In this document: positions 19,200 through 27,448 of the stretch, piece by piece
Layout of the letters: the number at the start of each line of letters is the position of its first letter
Numbering within the stretch: position 1 is the first letter of the stretch
Assembly: GCA_964576265.1 (NCBI GenBank)
Contig: CAZNVB010000270.1
Span: 4,088-68,087, forward strand
Source of the DNA: an uncultured Eubacteriales bacterium
GTDB taxonomy: Bacteria; Acidobacteriota; Aminicenantia; Aminicenantales; UBA8522
DNA: 64,000 bases
Direction: 5' to 3'
The notes under the pieces: generated by a model
Told to the model about the DNA's origin: nothing
Database searches by the model: none
What the model saw: only the letters and a program-made list of their open reading frames with translations
Made by a program: the position numbers and the translations under genes

Positions 19200-21353
19200 C
19201 TACATTTTGTACGAATAGGCGAGGCGGCTGGCGCTTACAATGCGGTCGTAGGAATTGCAAATCAGGTCGGCGACGCCGTTTTTTCCCTGCCAGGGCAGCC
19301 GTTCCCGCTCGAGCTCGGGGATGGATTTGATTCGGCCGGCGATGAAGTCCTCGATTCTCGAACGCGCCGTATCGATCCTCATCAGAAGAGCGCCGTAGCG
19401 CAAATCCATGACCTCCCAGCCGAACGGCTGGTGGATGGAAAGCCAGAGAAAGCGGTGGTACTGCCTCAGGTCGGAAACTCGGCCGGCGAGGTCCGGGAGG
19501 ATCTCCCGGGCGATCTTTTCAAGGGCCGTCATGTCTTTCGCCAGGTAAGACTGGCGGATCTTCAACCCGATCTCGGACTTGGCCGCCAGAACTGCGCTCG
19601 CCTTGGCATAATAATGGAAAATAAAATCAAAACGGCCGCCCTTCGCCGCTCCGAGCTTGAGTTTTTCCGTCAGATCAGAATAGTGCTTTTCGAGGGCCAG
19701 GTCTTCGATATTCTTGTCGAACATCCCCATCAGAATGTCCTGCCACATCAGGTAACGGCTGGGGTTGGCGGGCGAATTCTTATCCACGCCCGGGATCGCA
19801 TTCAGGCCGTTGATTTCCCAGAAATCCTCAAAGCCGCAGCCGGTGCAGAACTCGAAGCGTTTTTTAAGTTTGGCTTCGCTCAGTTCGAGAGCATAGCCGT
19901 GCTCGGCGAAGAGCTGAAGACCCAGGAGATGGCCGAAAATGTTGCTTTCGGTCGTGGCGTCTCCCCAGATCGTTGCGAACACTTCCTTGATTCCTGTTTC
20001 CTTGCATGCCCGAAGTGCGGCGTTCGTCGTGACAAATGTCTTTCCATGGCTCATCCCGTAACCCTGCCAGCCCCAAATCCCGCCGGCAAAAATCGGGTCC
20101 GAGCCGAATTCCCTGTGACGCCGGATCCACTCTTTATAAAAATCCGGCTCGTTATGGTAATAATCCCAATAGACAAACTGGACATTTTTGGGCATTCTGG
20201 CGATGTCCGTCGGATCGATCTTGCTCGACGGATCGTAATAATCGCCGGTCTTCGAAGCGGCCCGGAAATACATGTCGCTCCAGATCATCGGCCGCAGACC
20301 GAGCCGGTCGGTGATCTCGAGAACGCGCGCCAAGTGCTCGGTCATGATATCGATTTTCTTGCGCCAGCCGTGGAGCTTGAGATAATTTCCCTGGCCGAGA
20401 CGCCAGGCCTCGTCCATACCGATGTGGATGCGCCGGGAGGCGAAGGGCTCCGAAGCCGAGGTGATCATCCGCTCGATGAAGGCATAGGTCTTTTCGCTCC
20501 CCGGAAGGAGCGTGTCTTCATCCTCTTTGATGTCGCGATAGACCGCCCACTGGAGGACATCGGTCAGATGGGCCAGCGTCTGGATGCAGGGGATCACCTC
20601 GATGCCGAAAATGCCGGCGTAGCGGTCGATCTCTCGGAGCTCCTCTTGGGTGTAACGGCCGCGCATATAGCCGAAATAGGGCTCCTCCTTGATCACGTAG
20701 CTGTCCTCGGAATAGAGCATGATCATGTTCATTCCCATCGCCGCCATCAGCCGGAGAAGAACCCTGACGCTCGGCAGGCCGATGACCGCGTTCCCCTGCG
20801 ACACATCGAACATGGCGCCGACGGTGGTGAATTGCGGCTCCTCGACGATTTCGAAACTCGGGCTCTTCGGCTTTTCCATGATCTCTTGAAGAAGAAGACT
20901 CAGGCCGCGGAAAAAATGGTTTTTCGCGCCGAAATGGATCTCTGCGCTCCTTCCCTTCTTGCTCACACGCAAAAGGTTCTGCTTGATCCGGCTGACTTTA
21001 ACCCTCAGGCTGTTTCTCGCATCGAGCGAGATCCGGCAGTTCAGCTCCGGTCCCATGATCTCTATCCCGGGCAGGAGGTCCTTGACGTCTCCCTGAAAAT
21101 AGAGGTCCGCCGGCCTTTCCGGCCACGCTCGGGGCTCAAATAGAGTTAATTTGGGGATCGGGAGGGTCTGGCCGGACGAGGCCGCCGGGGCCTGAGATCG
21201 GACTTCTACTCCGACATTCCCGGCAGGAGGGGCCTGCACCGAATCGGCCGCCGGATATTTGGGGAGATCTCGATTTATCCCTCGTGGTCTCTTTTTGACG
21301 ACACCCAAGACGGCAGCGCCGGCCGTTGTGCCGATGAAATCCCTTCGTTTCAC
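19200..21353 (-). CDS. glycoside hydrolase family 20 beta-N-acetylhexosaminidase with Tat signal
   Basis: Start reassigned to the GTG at 21351-21353, preceded by AAGGAGG. The N-terminus KRRDFIGTTAGAAVLG is a twin-arginine motif. A GH20 catalytic block is present (HIGMDEAW, WSDMY, VYWDYY). Confidence 0.65.
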   Translation of the reverse strand: MKRRDFIGTTAGAAVLGVVKKRPRGINRDLPKYPAADSVQAPPAGNVGVEVRSQAPAASSGQTLPIPKLTLFEPRAWPERPADLYFQGDVKDLLPGIEIMGPELNCRISLDARNSLRVKVSRIKQNLLRVSKKGRSAEIHFGAKNHFFRGLSLLLQEIMEKPKSPSFEIVEEPQFTTVGAMFDVSQGNAVIGLPSVRVLLRLMAAMGMNMIMLYSEDSYVIKEEPYFGYMRGRYTQEELREIDRYAGIFGIEVIPCIQTLAHLTDVLQWAVYRDIKEDEDTLLPGSEKTYAFIERMITSASEPFASRRIHIGMDEAWRLGQGNYLKLHGWRKKIDIMTEHLARVLEITDRLGLRPMIWSDMYFRAASKTGDYYDPSSKIDPTDIARMPKNVQFVYWDYYHNEPDFYKEWIRRHREFGSDPIFAGGIWGWQGYGMSHGKTFVTTNAALRACKETGIKEVFATIWGDATTESNIFGHLLGLQLFAEHGYALELSEAKLKKRFEFCTGCGFEDFWEINGLNAIPGVDKNSPANPSRYLMWQDILMGMFDKNIEDLALEKHYSDLTEKLKLGAAKGGRFDFIFHYYAKASAVLAAKSEIGLKIRQSYLAKDMTALEKIAREILPDLAGRVSDLRQYHRFLWLSIHQPFGWEVMDLRYGALLMRIDTARSRIEDFIAGRIKSIPELERERLPWQGKNGVADLICNSYDRIVSASRLAYSYKM

Positions 21354-21574
21354 GTTGGCCTCCTTGCTTCCTATCGGAGTGATGCGATGGGAAGGGAATA
21401 TATCCCGCGGCACGCAAGATGTCAAACGACCGCCCGGGCCTCTAAATACCCAAATCTGCATCCGGGCCGCCTCGGGGTAAACTCTGACTGAGACCGCAGG
21501 GCATGATGACGGTGAGAGCTGCCTGGCCAAGATGAATCTGGGAAAACGAGAGGGATACGAGAAAATCCTCGAGC

Positions 21575-21605
21575 TTGCGGAAGCTCAGGCAAAAATGGTT
21601 AAAAT
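21575..21605 (+). promoter_or_regulatory. putative promoter TTGCGG...TAAAAT ending 6 nt before the ATG of the DHH gene (leaderless candidate)
   Basis: The -35-like element is at 21575-21580, TAAAAT is at 21600-21605 and the ATG is at 21612. No SD sequence is present. Confidence 0.35.
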
Positions 21606-21611
21606 AGAGCG

Positions 21612-22643
21612 ATGAACGGCCTTTTGAGTATCCTCCATCCCGACCGTCCCGTTTGCATCGTCGTCCACAACAACCCAGACCCCGATTCCCTGGCTTCCGC
21701 CATGGCTCTTCAATATTTCCTCAAAAAGAAGGGGTTCCCCCGCGTCCGCGCGATTTATAACGGATTTATCGGACGGGCGGAAAACAAGGCCATGATCAAG
21801 ATCCTGAAGATCCCGATTCATCATCTAAAAAACGCCAGAATCCCCTCGCGCCGACAATTCGTGCTCCTCGACAGCCAGCCCGGCGCCGGAAACGTCACCC
21901 TGCCGGAAAACGCTGAGCCTTTGGCCGCCATTGACCATCACCCTCTTCGGCAACGGACAAAAAGGCTCTCTTTCTATGATGTCAGGCCGAACTACGGAGC
22001 CTGTTCCACCATCATCTACGAATATCTTGTTTCCGAGGATATCGTCATCCCCGCTCCCGTGGCTACGGCCTTGTTTCACGCAATCTTCAGCGAAACCCAG
22101 GGTCTGGGAAGAGAAGGCAGCCCGGAGGACAAAAAAGCTTATCTCGATCTCCTTCCCCGGGTAAATTTCAAGCGCCTCTCCAGGATTCAGTATCCTCCCC
22201 TGTCGCGCGATTTTATTTCCAACCTACAGCGCGTTTTGACCCGCGGATTCTATTACAGGCAGCTGGCCGGGGCCATTCTGGAAGAGCTCCCCTATCCCGA
22301 TTTTGCCGCCGAAATTGCCGATTTTCTGTTGAGAATCAAAAACATTCGCTGGTCGATCTGTCTCGGCAACTACGCCGATCTCATTTACGTTTCTATCCGG
22401 TCGAACACCACCCACGCCAATGCGGCCCGGCTGCTCAAGAAGGCGATCCCCAAGTCCGGCACGGCCGGAGGCCACGAGCTCATTGCCGGAGCCCAGGTGA
22501 GGATCGGCAGGGACGAAATCGAGAAGGTCGGCGCCTTAAAAAGAGAAATTGTCCGCAAAGTGCTGCGGGAGCTGTATCACACGAATATTGATAGCGTCAT
22601 TCATCTGGTTTCCGACGAGCCGATCCTCTTCCCAACTGATTGA
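21612..22643 (+). CDS. DHH/DHHA1 family phosphoesterase (NrnA-like)
   Basis: The DHH motif (IVVHNNPDPDSLASAMAL) is present with a C-terminal DHHA1-like GGH (GTAGGHELIAGAQ). Confidence 0.65.
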   Translation: MNGLLSILHPDRPVCIVVHNNPDPDSLASAMALQYFLKKKGFPRVRAIYNGFIGRAENKAMIKILKIPIHHLKNARIPSRRQFVLLDSQPGAGNVTLPENAEPLAAIDHHPLRQRTKRLSFYDVRPNYGACSTIIYEYLVSEDIVIPAPVATALFHAIFSETQGLGREGSPEDKKAYLDLLPRVNFKRLSRIQYPPLSRDFISNLQRVLTRGFYYRQLAGAILEELPYPDFAAEIADFLLRIKNIRWSICLGNYADLIYVSIRSNTTHANAARLLKKAIPKSGTAGGHELIAGAQVRIGRDEIEKVGALKREIVRKVLRELYHTNIDSVIHLVSDEPILFPTD

Positions 22644-22863
22644 GAATGCCGCGCTTCGGTCGTGCGGCCGATAAAATCTCCCTTGTCTCTCTGTTCTTTC
22701 TCCCACCAGGGGAGGATATTCACTTTCCTGAGCGTCCAAGTCGGTGCCATAATCAGGGTAATTGTCTGGTTTAGGTTGTCTGCCGAGTCAACCTGGAAGG
22801 GAACCGCTCCGCGTTCCCCCTTCCGACAGTCGGCCAATTTCATCGGCCTCGGGTTCAATTTCA

Positions 22864-23310
22864 TCAAAGGAAAATTTTCTCAGCGCCGCGTACCGTCACC
22901 GAACAGCGGGCCTCGTCGGCCTCGCTCAAATCCACTTCGTAAGCATAGCCGAGCGACTCGAGGACGCACCGATAGAGGACGTCGCAGTGTTCGCAATAAT
23001 CTCTGTAGGGCTCGATGTGCTCAAGTTCGAGCAGCCGGACCTTGGAAGGACAGCGGTGCATGATGATCCGGAATTCGCCTGCCGCCTCGTCAAGCTCCAT
23101 GGTGAAATCGGCGGCCTCCTCGTTGAGCGACTCCTCCCAATACATCCAGCAGCCGCGAAGGCCGTGGGCGATGACAAGATCACGCAGGTTTGTCAGATAG
23201 GTATCAGAGAGGAAATTCCAGAAATCAACGACCGCTCCCTTTCCGCCTTTTTTCTCCGGAAACTTGAAGAGCTCGCTGTACGCAGGGATGAACTCCGCGC
23301 AGGATATCAC
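22864..23310 (-). CDS. hypothetical Cys-rich protein (148 aa), paralogous to upstream neighbour; possibly ATC-hydrolase-like
   Basis: The shared motif hhhRCPxxxxLxxxG is followed by Cys residues (HRCPSKV...YCEHCDVLYRC). Its ATGA overlaps the preceding gene. Confidence 0.35.
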   Translation of the reverse strand: MISCAEFIPAYSELFKFPEKKGGKGAVVDFWNFLSDTYLTNLRDLVIAHGLRGCWMYWEESLNEEAADFTMELDEAAGEFRIIMHRCPSKVRLLELEHIEPYRDYCEHCDVLYRCVLESLGYAYEVDLSEADEARCSVTVRGAEKIFL

Positions 23311-23627
23311 GACCCCCTCCTCGAAAAACGGACGACGCTCCGGCCGGTCTCAGAATCATATTCGAGGAGTTCGGCTTGGAACGGCGTGCCCTCGCAGATC
23401 GTCTCATTCACGGTTTTTGTGGTCTCATAAAAAAGCGGCGAAACCGCCAGGCCCATTTTGCGGATGTGCCGGACAGCCGGGCACCGGAGAACCGTAATGA
23501 TCAGTTTCTCGGCAGACTCCTCCACTTCGCATTCTGCGCCCTCAGCTCCATAAATCCCGATAAAATGGTCCTTTAGGGCTTTCAGCCCCTTTTGCTGCAA
23601 CTTCTTGGTCAGGAGGGAATAATACAC
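23307..23627 (-). CDS. hypothetical protein (106 aa), paralogous RCP-motif domain
   Basis: LRCPAVRHIRKMGL....ICEG pattern. It is translationally coupled to the downstream paralog. Confidence 0.35.
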   Translation of the reverse strand: MYYSLLTKKLQQKGLKALKDHFIGIYGAEGAECEVEESAEKLIITVLRCPAVRHIRKMGLAVSPLFYETTKTVNETICEGTPFQAELLEYDSETGRSVVRFSRRGS

Positions 23628-23838
23628 CCGAGCAAATTGACGCAGGTAATCTCTGACCGCCCCGGCACCGAAACGAGTCTCGATATAGATCAGGCCTGGT
23701 TCAGAGCGCCGTGGAAATCCGGGTGAAGATAAACGTTGTCTTCCGTCCTCCGCCGCAGGACTTGCTTTGTGTTCATGATTTCTCGGCCCTGAGCTTCCGC
23801 TTTTCTTAACATAGCCGGCCTCGCTCCGTCAATTGAGG

Positions 23839-23866
23839 TTGCGGAATTTTTTTCGATTCATATAAT
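23839..23866 (+). promoter_or_regulatory. sigma70-type promoter TTGCGG, 16-nt spacer, TATAAT, immediately upstream of the acyltransferase ORF
   Basis: The TATAAT is at 23861-23866. The GTG at 23873 is only 6 nt downstream, so the mRNA is either leaderless or the true start is further downstream. Confidence 0.4.
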
Positions 23867-23872
23867 CTATCC

Positions 23873-24781
23873 GTGCCCTGTGCGGATAAGGAAATTATCG
23901 CCTTGGGCAAACTTATTAACGCCGAGTTTGTCGGCGCGCTCGGCTTGCCCAGATCCAGCTTTTTCCTCCGCCTGTTCTGGATTCCACTGCGCATTCCGAT
24001 CTGCCGCTTTGCCCGCATCGGCTCGACCTTTGACCGGCTGGTCGCTGAAGCGGGTTTTCCCAAGGCCAGCCGATGGGCGCTGACCCATTGGTGCCGCCGC
24101 ATTACGGCGCGCGGCCGCGAAAATATCCCGGCCGAGGGTCCCCTCCTGATTGTCACGAACCACCCGGGGACCTACGATGCACTCATCATTTTCTCGCAGC
24201 TGGGGCGGCAGGACATTTCCTGGATCTCCACCGAGATTCCCTTCCTCGATCATCTTCCGCACGTCCGGAACCACGTCATCTTTGCTTCGAGATCGAATGC
24301 CTTCAAGCGCATGGCCGCCATGCGCAGGGGCATCCGACACTTGCAGGACGGCGGAGCTCTGTTATATATCGGCTCGGGTCAAATAGATCCAGATCCGGCG
24401 GTCTATCCGAACGCGGACGAGCAGATCGAAGAATGGCTTGAAGGGATCGATTTCTTCTTTCGCCATGTGCGCGGACTGCGGCTCATGCCGACGATCGTCA
24501 GCGGGGTGGTTTCACCCAAATGGGCCCGCAGCCCGATCACCTGGCTGCGCCGGAAAGATGTCGACAAACGCCGCCTGGCCGAGTTCGGCCAGGTCACTCA
24601 CCAAATGCTTTTTCCCGGAAAAATGATGTTCACCCCGTCGGTGAGCTTCGGCCGGCCCGTTTCGGCTGAAATCCTGCGCGAAGAGAGCGGCGAAGAGAAC
24701 ATCCTGCCGGCCGTAATCGCCCGGACAAAAGCGCTCCTGGCGGAACATTGCCGGATCTTCGGCGGGATTTGTGGCGCCTGA
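23873..24781 (+). CDS. lysophospholipid/1-acyl-glycerol-3-phosphate acyltransferase (PlsC/LPLAT family)
   Basis: The acyltransferase motif NHPGTYD (HX4D variant) is present with an N-terminal hydrophobic segment. The start codon is uncertain: GTG 23873 or a downstream TTG. Confidence 0.5.
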   Translation: MPCADKEIIALGKLINAEFVGALGLPRSSFFLRLFWIPLRIPICRFARIGSTFDRLVAEAGFPKASRWALTHWCRRITARGRENIPAEGPLLIVTNHPGTYDALIIFSQLGRQDISWISTEIPFLDHLPHVRNHVIFASRSNAFKRMAAMRRGIRHLQDGGALLYIGSGQIDPDPAVYPNADEQIEEWLEGIDFFFRHVRGLRLMPTIVSGVVSPKWARSPITWLRRKDVDKRRLAEFGQVTHQMLFPGKMMFTPSVSFGRPVSAEILREESGEENILPAVIARTKALLAEHCRIFGGICGA

Positions 24782-24933
24782 ACATTGGAGAGCGGAAGTC
24801 CCATCTCCATCAAGCACCCGGCTGTCGTCGAATGGTTCAACGGAAATTCCCCAAAGGAGTGAGTGGGAATTCCATTGGCCCGGCTGAGTTGACACCCCTC
24901 GGCTGATCACATATATTTTCGACGAGCAGAATC

Positions 24934-26070
24934 ATGAAGAATTCGGTGGAGATCGTCGACCAAGGGATCGTTTTTCGGGGCGAACGAGGAAGCGATCACG
25001 CAAGCTGCGCTTTTCCCGGGATCACCGCGCTTCCGGACGGACGCTGGATTTGCGGGTTCCGAGCGGCCCCGACGAAAGCAGGAACATCCGGCCAGCACGC
25101 TCTTCTCGCCATCTCTGATAATGAAGGAAAAACTTGGCCCACGGTCGTCGGTCCATTCGTTCCTCCTTCCGTCGACAGCCGTCCCGGACTCTTCCGTGTC
25201 GCATATCCCACAGCGCTCGGCAGAGACAAGGTGGTCGCGGCCCTCTGCTGGGTCGACCATTCCGACCCCGCATTGCCCTTTTTTAATGAAAAGACCGAAG
25301 GCCTGCTCGACACGCGAATTTTTCTTTCTTTCTCGAATGATGGCGGCGTCACCTGGTCGGTTCCCCGACTGATCGACACCTTCCCCTTCAAAGTCCCCAC
25401 TCCCTTGACCGGTCCGATTCTCGTCTTGCCGAACGGCGGGTGGGCCCTCCAGTTCGAACTCAATAAGCCCTATCACGATCCGGAACCCTGGCGCCATGCT
25501 TCTGTGCTCATGTTTTCCAACGACCGGGGTCGGTCATGGCCGGATCATGTCGTCGTCAGTCACGACCCGACAAACAGGATTTTTTATTGGGATCAGCGAC
25601 CGGCCGTGCTCGATGACGGAACACTGCTGGATGTGTTCTGGACCTATGACCGGGCAGCAGCGAATTATCTGAATATTCACGCCCGCCAATCGACGACCGG
25701 CGGGCGAACCTGGTCTGAATTCTGGGATACGGGCGTCGCCGGCCAGCCGGCACAGCCGGTTTGCCTCCCCGGCGGCCGGATGGCCATGGTTTATGTGGAC
25801 AGGACCGAAGCGCCGGCGATCAAGCTTCGACTTAGCGCCGACGGCGGGAAAACATGGCCGGCCGAAACCGAGATGAACCTCTTTCAGCCGGAACTTGCCT
25901 CGCAATCGGGAAAGAAGAGCTCCCTGCAGGAGGCTTGGTCGGAGATGGAGAAGTTCTCTCTCGGCCTTCCGGCGACTGCTCGCCTGCCGAACGGCGATAT
26001 CCTGGTCGTCTTTTATGCCGGCCCCGAGCCCGACCTCACCGACATCCGCTGGCTCCGTCTCAAATCGTGA
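24934..26070 (+). CDS. cytoplasmic BNR-repeat sialidase-like (exo-alpha-sialidase family) protein
   Basis: Asp-box repeats are present: SDNEGKTWP, SNDGGVTWS, SNDRGRSWP, TTGGRTWS and SADGGKTWP. There is no signal peptide. Confidence 0.65.
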   Translation: MKNSVEIVDQGIVFRGERGSDHASCAFPGITALPDGRWICGFRAAPTKAGTSGQHALLAISDNEGKTWPTVVGPFVPPSVDSRPGLFRVAYPTALGRDKVVAALCWVDHSDPALPFFNEKTEGLLDTRIFLSFSNDGGVTWSVPRLIDTFPFKVPTPLTGPILVLPNGGWALQFELNKPYHDPEPWRHASVLMFSNDRGRSWPDHVVVSHDPTNRIFYWDQRPAVLDDGTLLDVFWTYDRAAANYLNIHARQSTTGGRTWSEFWDTGVAGQPAQPVCLPGGRMAMVYVDRTEAPAIKLRLSADGGKTWPAETEMNLFQPELASQSGKKSSLQEAWSEMEKFSLGLPATARLPNGDILVVFYAGPEPDLTDIRWLRLKS

Positions 26071-26212
26071 CGGCCAGCGCTTCCCCGACAGCGATTTTCT
26101 GCTCAAAACCTCGGCCCCTTTTTATTCTCATTCCCCATTTTTCTCGATTCGGCTCGAACGATTCGCAAATTTCTTAAAACCTTTCCCCTTCCATATTTCT
26201 GAATCCATCCGG

Positions 26213-27385
26213 CTAATACCTTCCATATTGCTCTACCAGATCGCGCATGACGAAAATTCGTTCCTCCGCCGCGCCCGGGGGGACCTGGTCGCCGGCGTTG
26301 GCGATCAAGCGGGTACTCCGCTTTTTGAGCTCGAGCCAATCCAGAACGGACTTCTTGAACACTTCAAGGGGAACATCGGGAAGCCAGAGGTTGGGGGGGA
26401 CTCCGCCCGAGAGGATAAAGTCGGGTCCCGCCTCGTCCCGACATTCTTCCGGTGTCAAATCGCCAAAGGGCGTTGGAGTCACGGCGTCTGCGCAGTCGGC
26501 TCCGGTTTCCCGGATCATCTTCAACGCCCCCCGCAGACGGCCGTCGATGTGCACGGCGACGAACTTGCCGGCGGCATGAAGCCGCCGCACAGCTTCCACA
26601 TAGAACGGCCGGGACCAGCGGTTGAAGAAGCTCGGCGGCTGGATATCGCTCGAAAAATTATCGCCCAAGCAGATGACCTCGGCCGGCGATTGAGCCAGAA
26701 GGTCGATCAGGTCGAGGTTGTTTTCGTTGATTTCGTCCACGACTTCTCGGAGGGTCTCGGGCCAGTCGGCAACGGCAAAGAGAGTCCCCTCGACGCCCAT
26801 CCAATAGTGCATCAGCTGGCCGACGGCGCTATAGCCGCTCAGGGCATAGACGATGCCCGTTTCGCCGACATAATCGCTCCAGGTGCGGTAATTCTCCCAG
26901 AGGGGAGAATAAGCGCGGGACCGGAGCGCATCGGCCAGGATGCGGAGATCACGCTCATCGCGGACGCCCCATTTTGTGATCGCCCAGGAATAGGACTCTT
27001 CATTCCAGATCCGCTTGCGTTCGATCGCGCCAAGGGGGGTCTTCAGCCGCCAGGTGATCTCAGGGACTCCGTTCTTCAATTCCCTGCTGACCTCGGAGAC
27101 GACATCGCTCCCATACGTCACCGAATAAAACGCGGCCAGGTTGGGCATATAGAATCCGACCCCCGCCTTTTTATGGTAACCGATGAGTTCCGTCTCCGGC
27201 TTTTCATAGGCGACGGTAAGATCCCAGGGCATCCGGTTTTTATGGTAGAACCAATGGGAAAGGTCGAGCATCATGGGAACGACATCAGGCGTCTCGCCGC
27301 GATAGACCGCCAAGATCCTCTCCCTTAAAGTCACGACTTCCTCAATTTCTTGGCCCTCGATCTTCTTCGACAGAATCGGCCCCAA
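26213..27385 (-). CDS. URO-D family protein (second paralog)
   Basis: 390 aa with URO-D-like blocks (ICLGDNFSSD, VHIDG, DAVTPTPFG). Confidence 0.45.
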   Translation of the reverse strand: MGPILSKKIEGQEIEEVVTLRERILAVYRGETPDVVPMMLDLSHWFYHKNRMPWDLTVAYEKPETELIGYHKKAGVGFYMPNLAAFYSVTYGSDVVSEVSRELKNGVPEITWRLKTPLGAIERKRIWNEESYSWAITKWGVRDERDLRILADALRSRAYSPLWENYRTWSDYVGETGIVYALSGYSAVGQLMHYWMGVEGTLFAVADWPETLREVVDEINENNLDLIDLLAQSPAEVICLGDNFSSDIQPPSFFNRWSRPFYVEAVRRLHAAGKFVAVHIDGRLRGALKMIRETGADCADAVTPTPFGDLTPEECRDEAGPDFILSGGVPPNLWLPDVPLEVFKKSVLDWLELKKRSTRLIANAGDQVPPGAAEERIFVMRDLVEQYGRY

Positions 27386-27448
27386 AACACGGCGGCGGCT
27401 CGTTCGGCGAAAAAAGGGCCTTTTTCTTTGATCGGTCTTCCTGGTTTT

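Noticed and set aside
21354-21530. Upstream 59-codon extension of the GH20 gene to the ATG at 21530 (MARQLSP...)
   Set aside because: The in-frame GTG at 21351-21353 has a perfect AAGGAGG at 5-nt spacing and yields a canonical twin-arginine signal (KRRDFIG). The extension has no RBS and an odd composition.
22762-23430. 222-aa + strand ORF
   Set aside because: It overlaps two minus-strand ORFs that share a conserved motif and are translationally coupled. The plus ORF has low-complexity, shadow-like composition.
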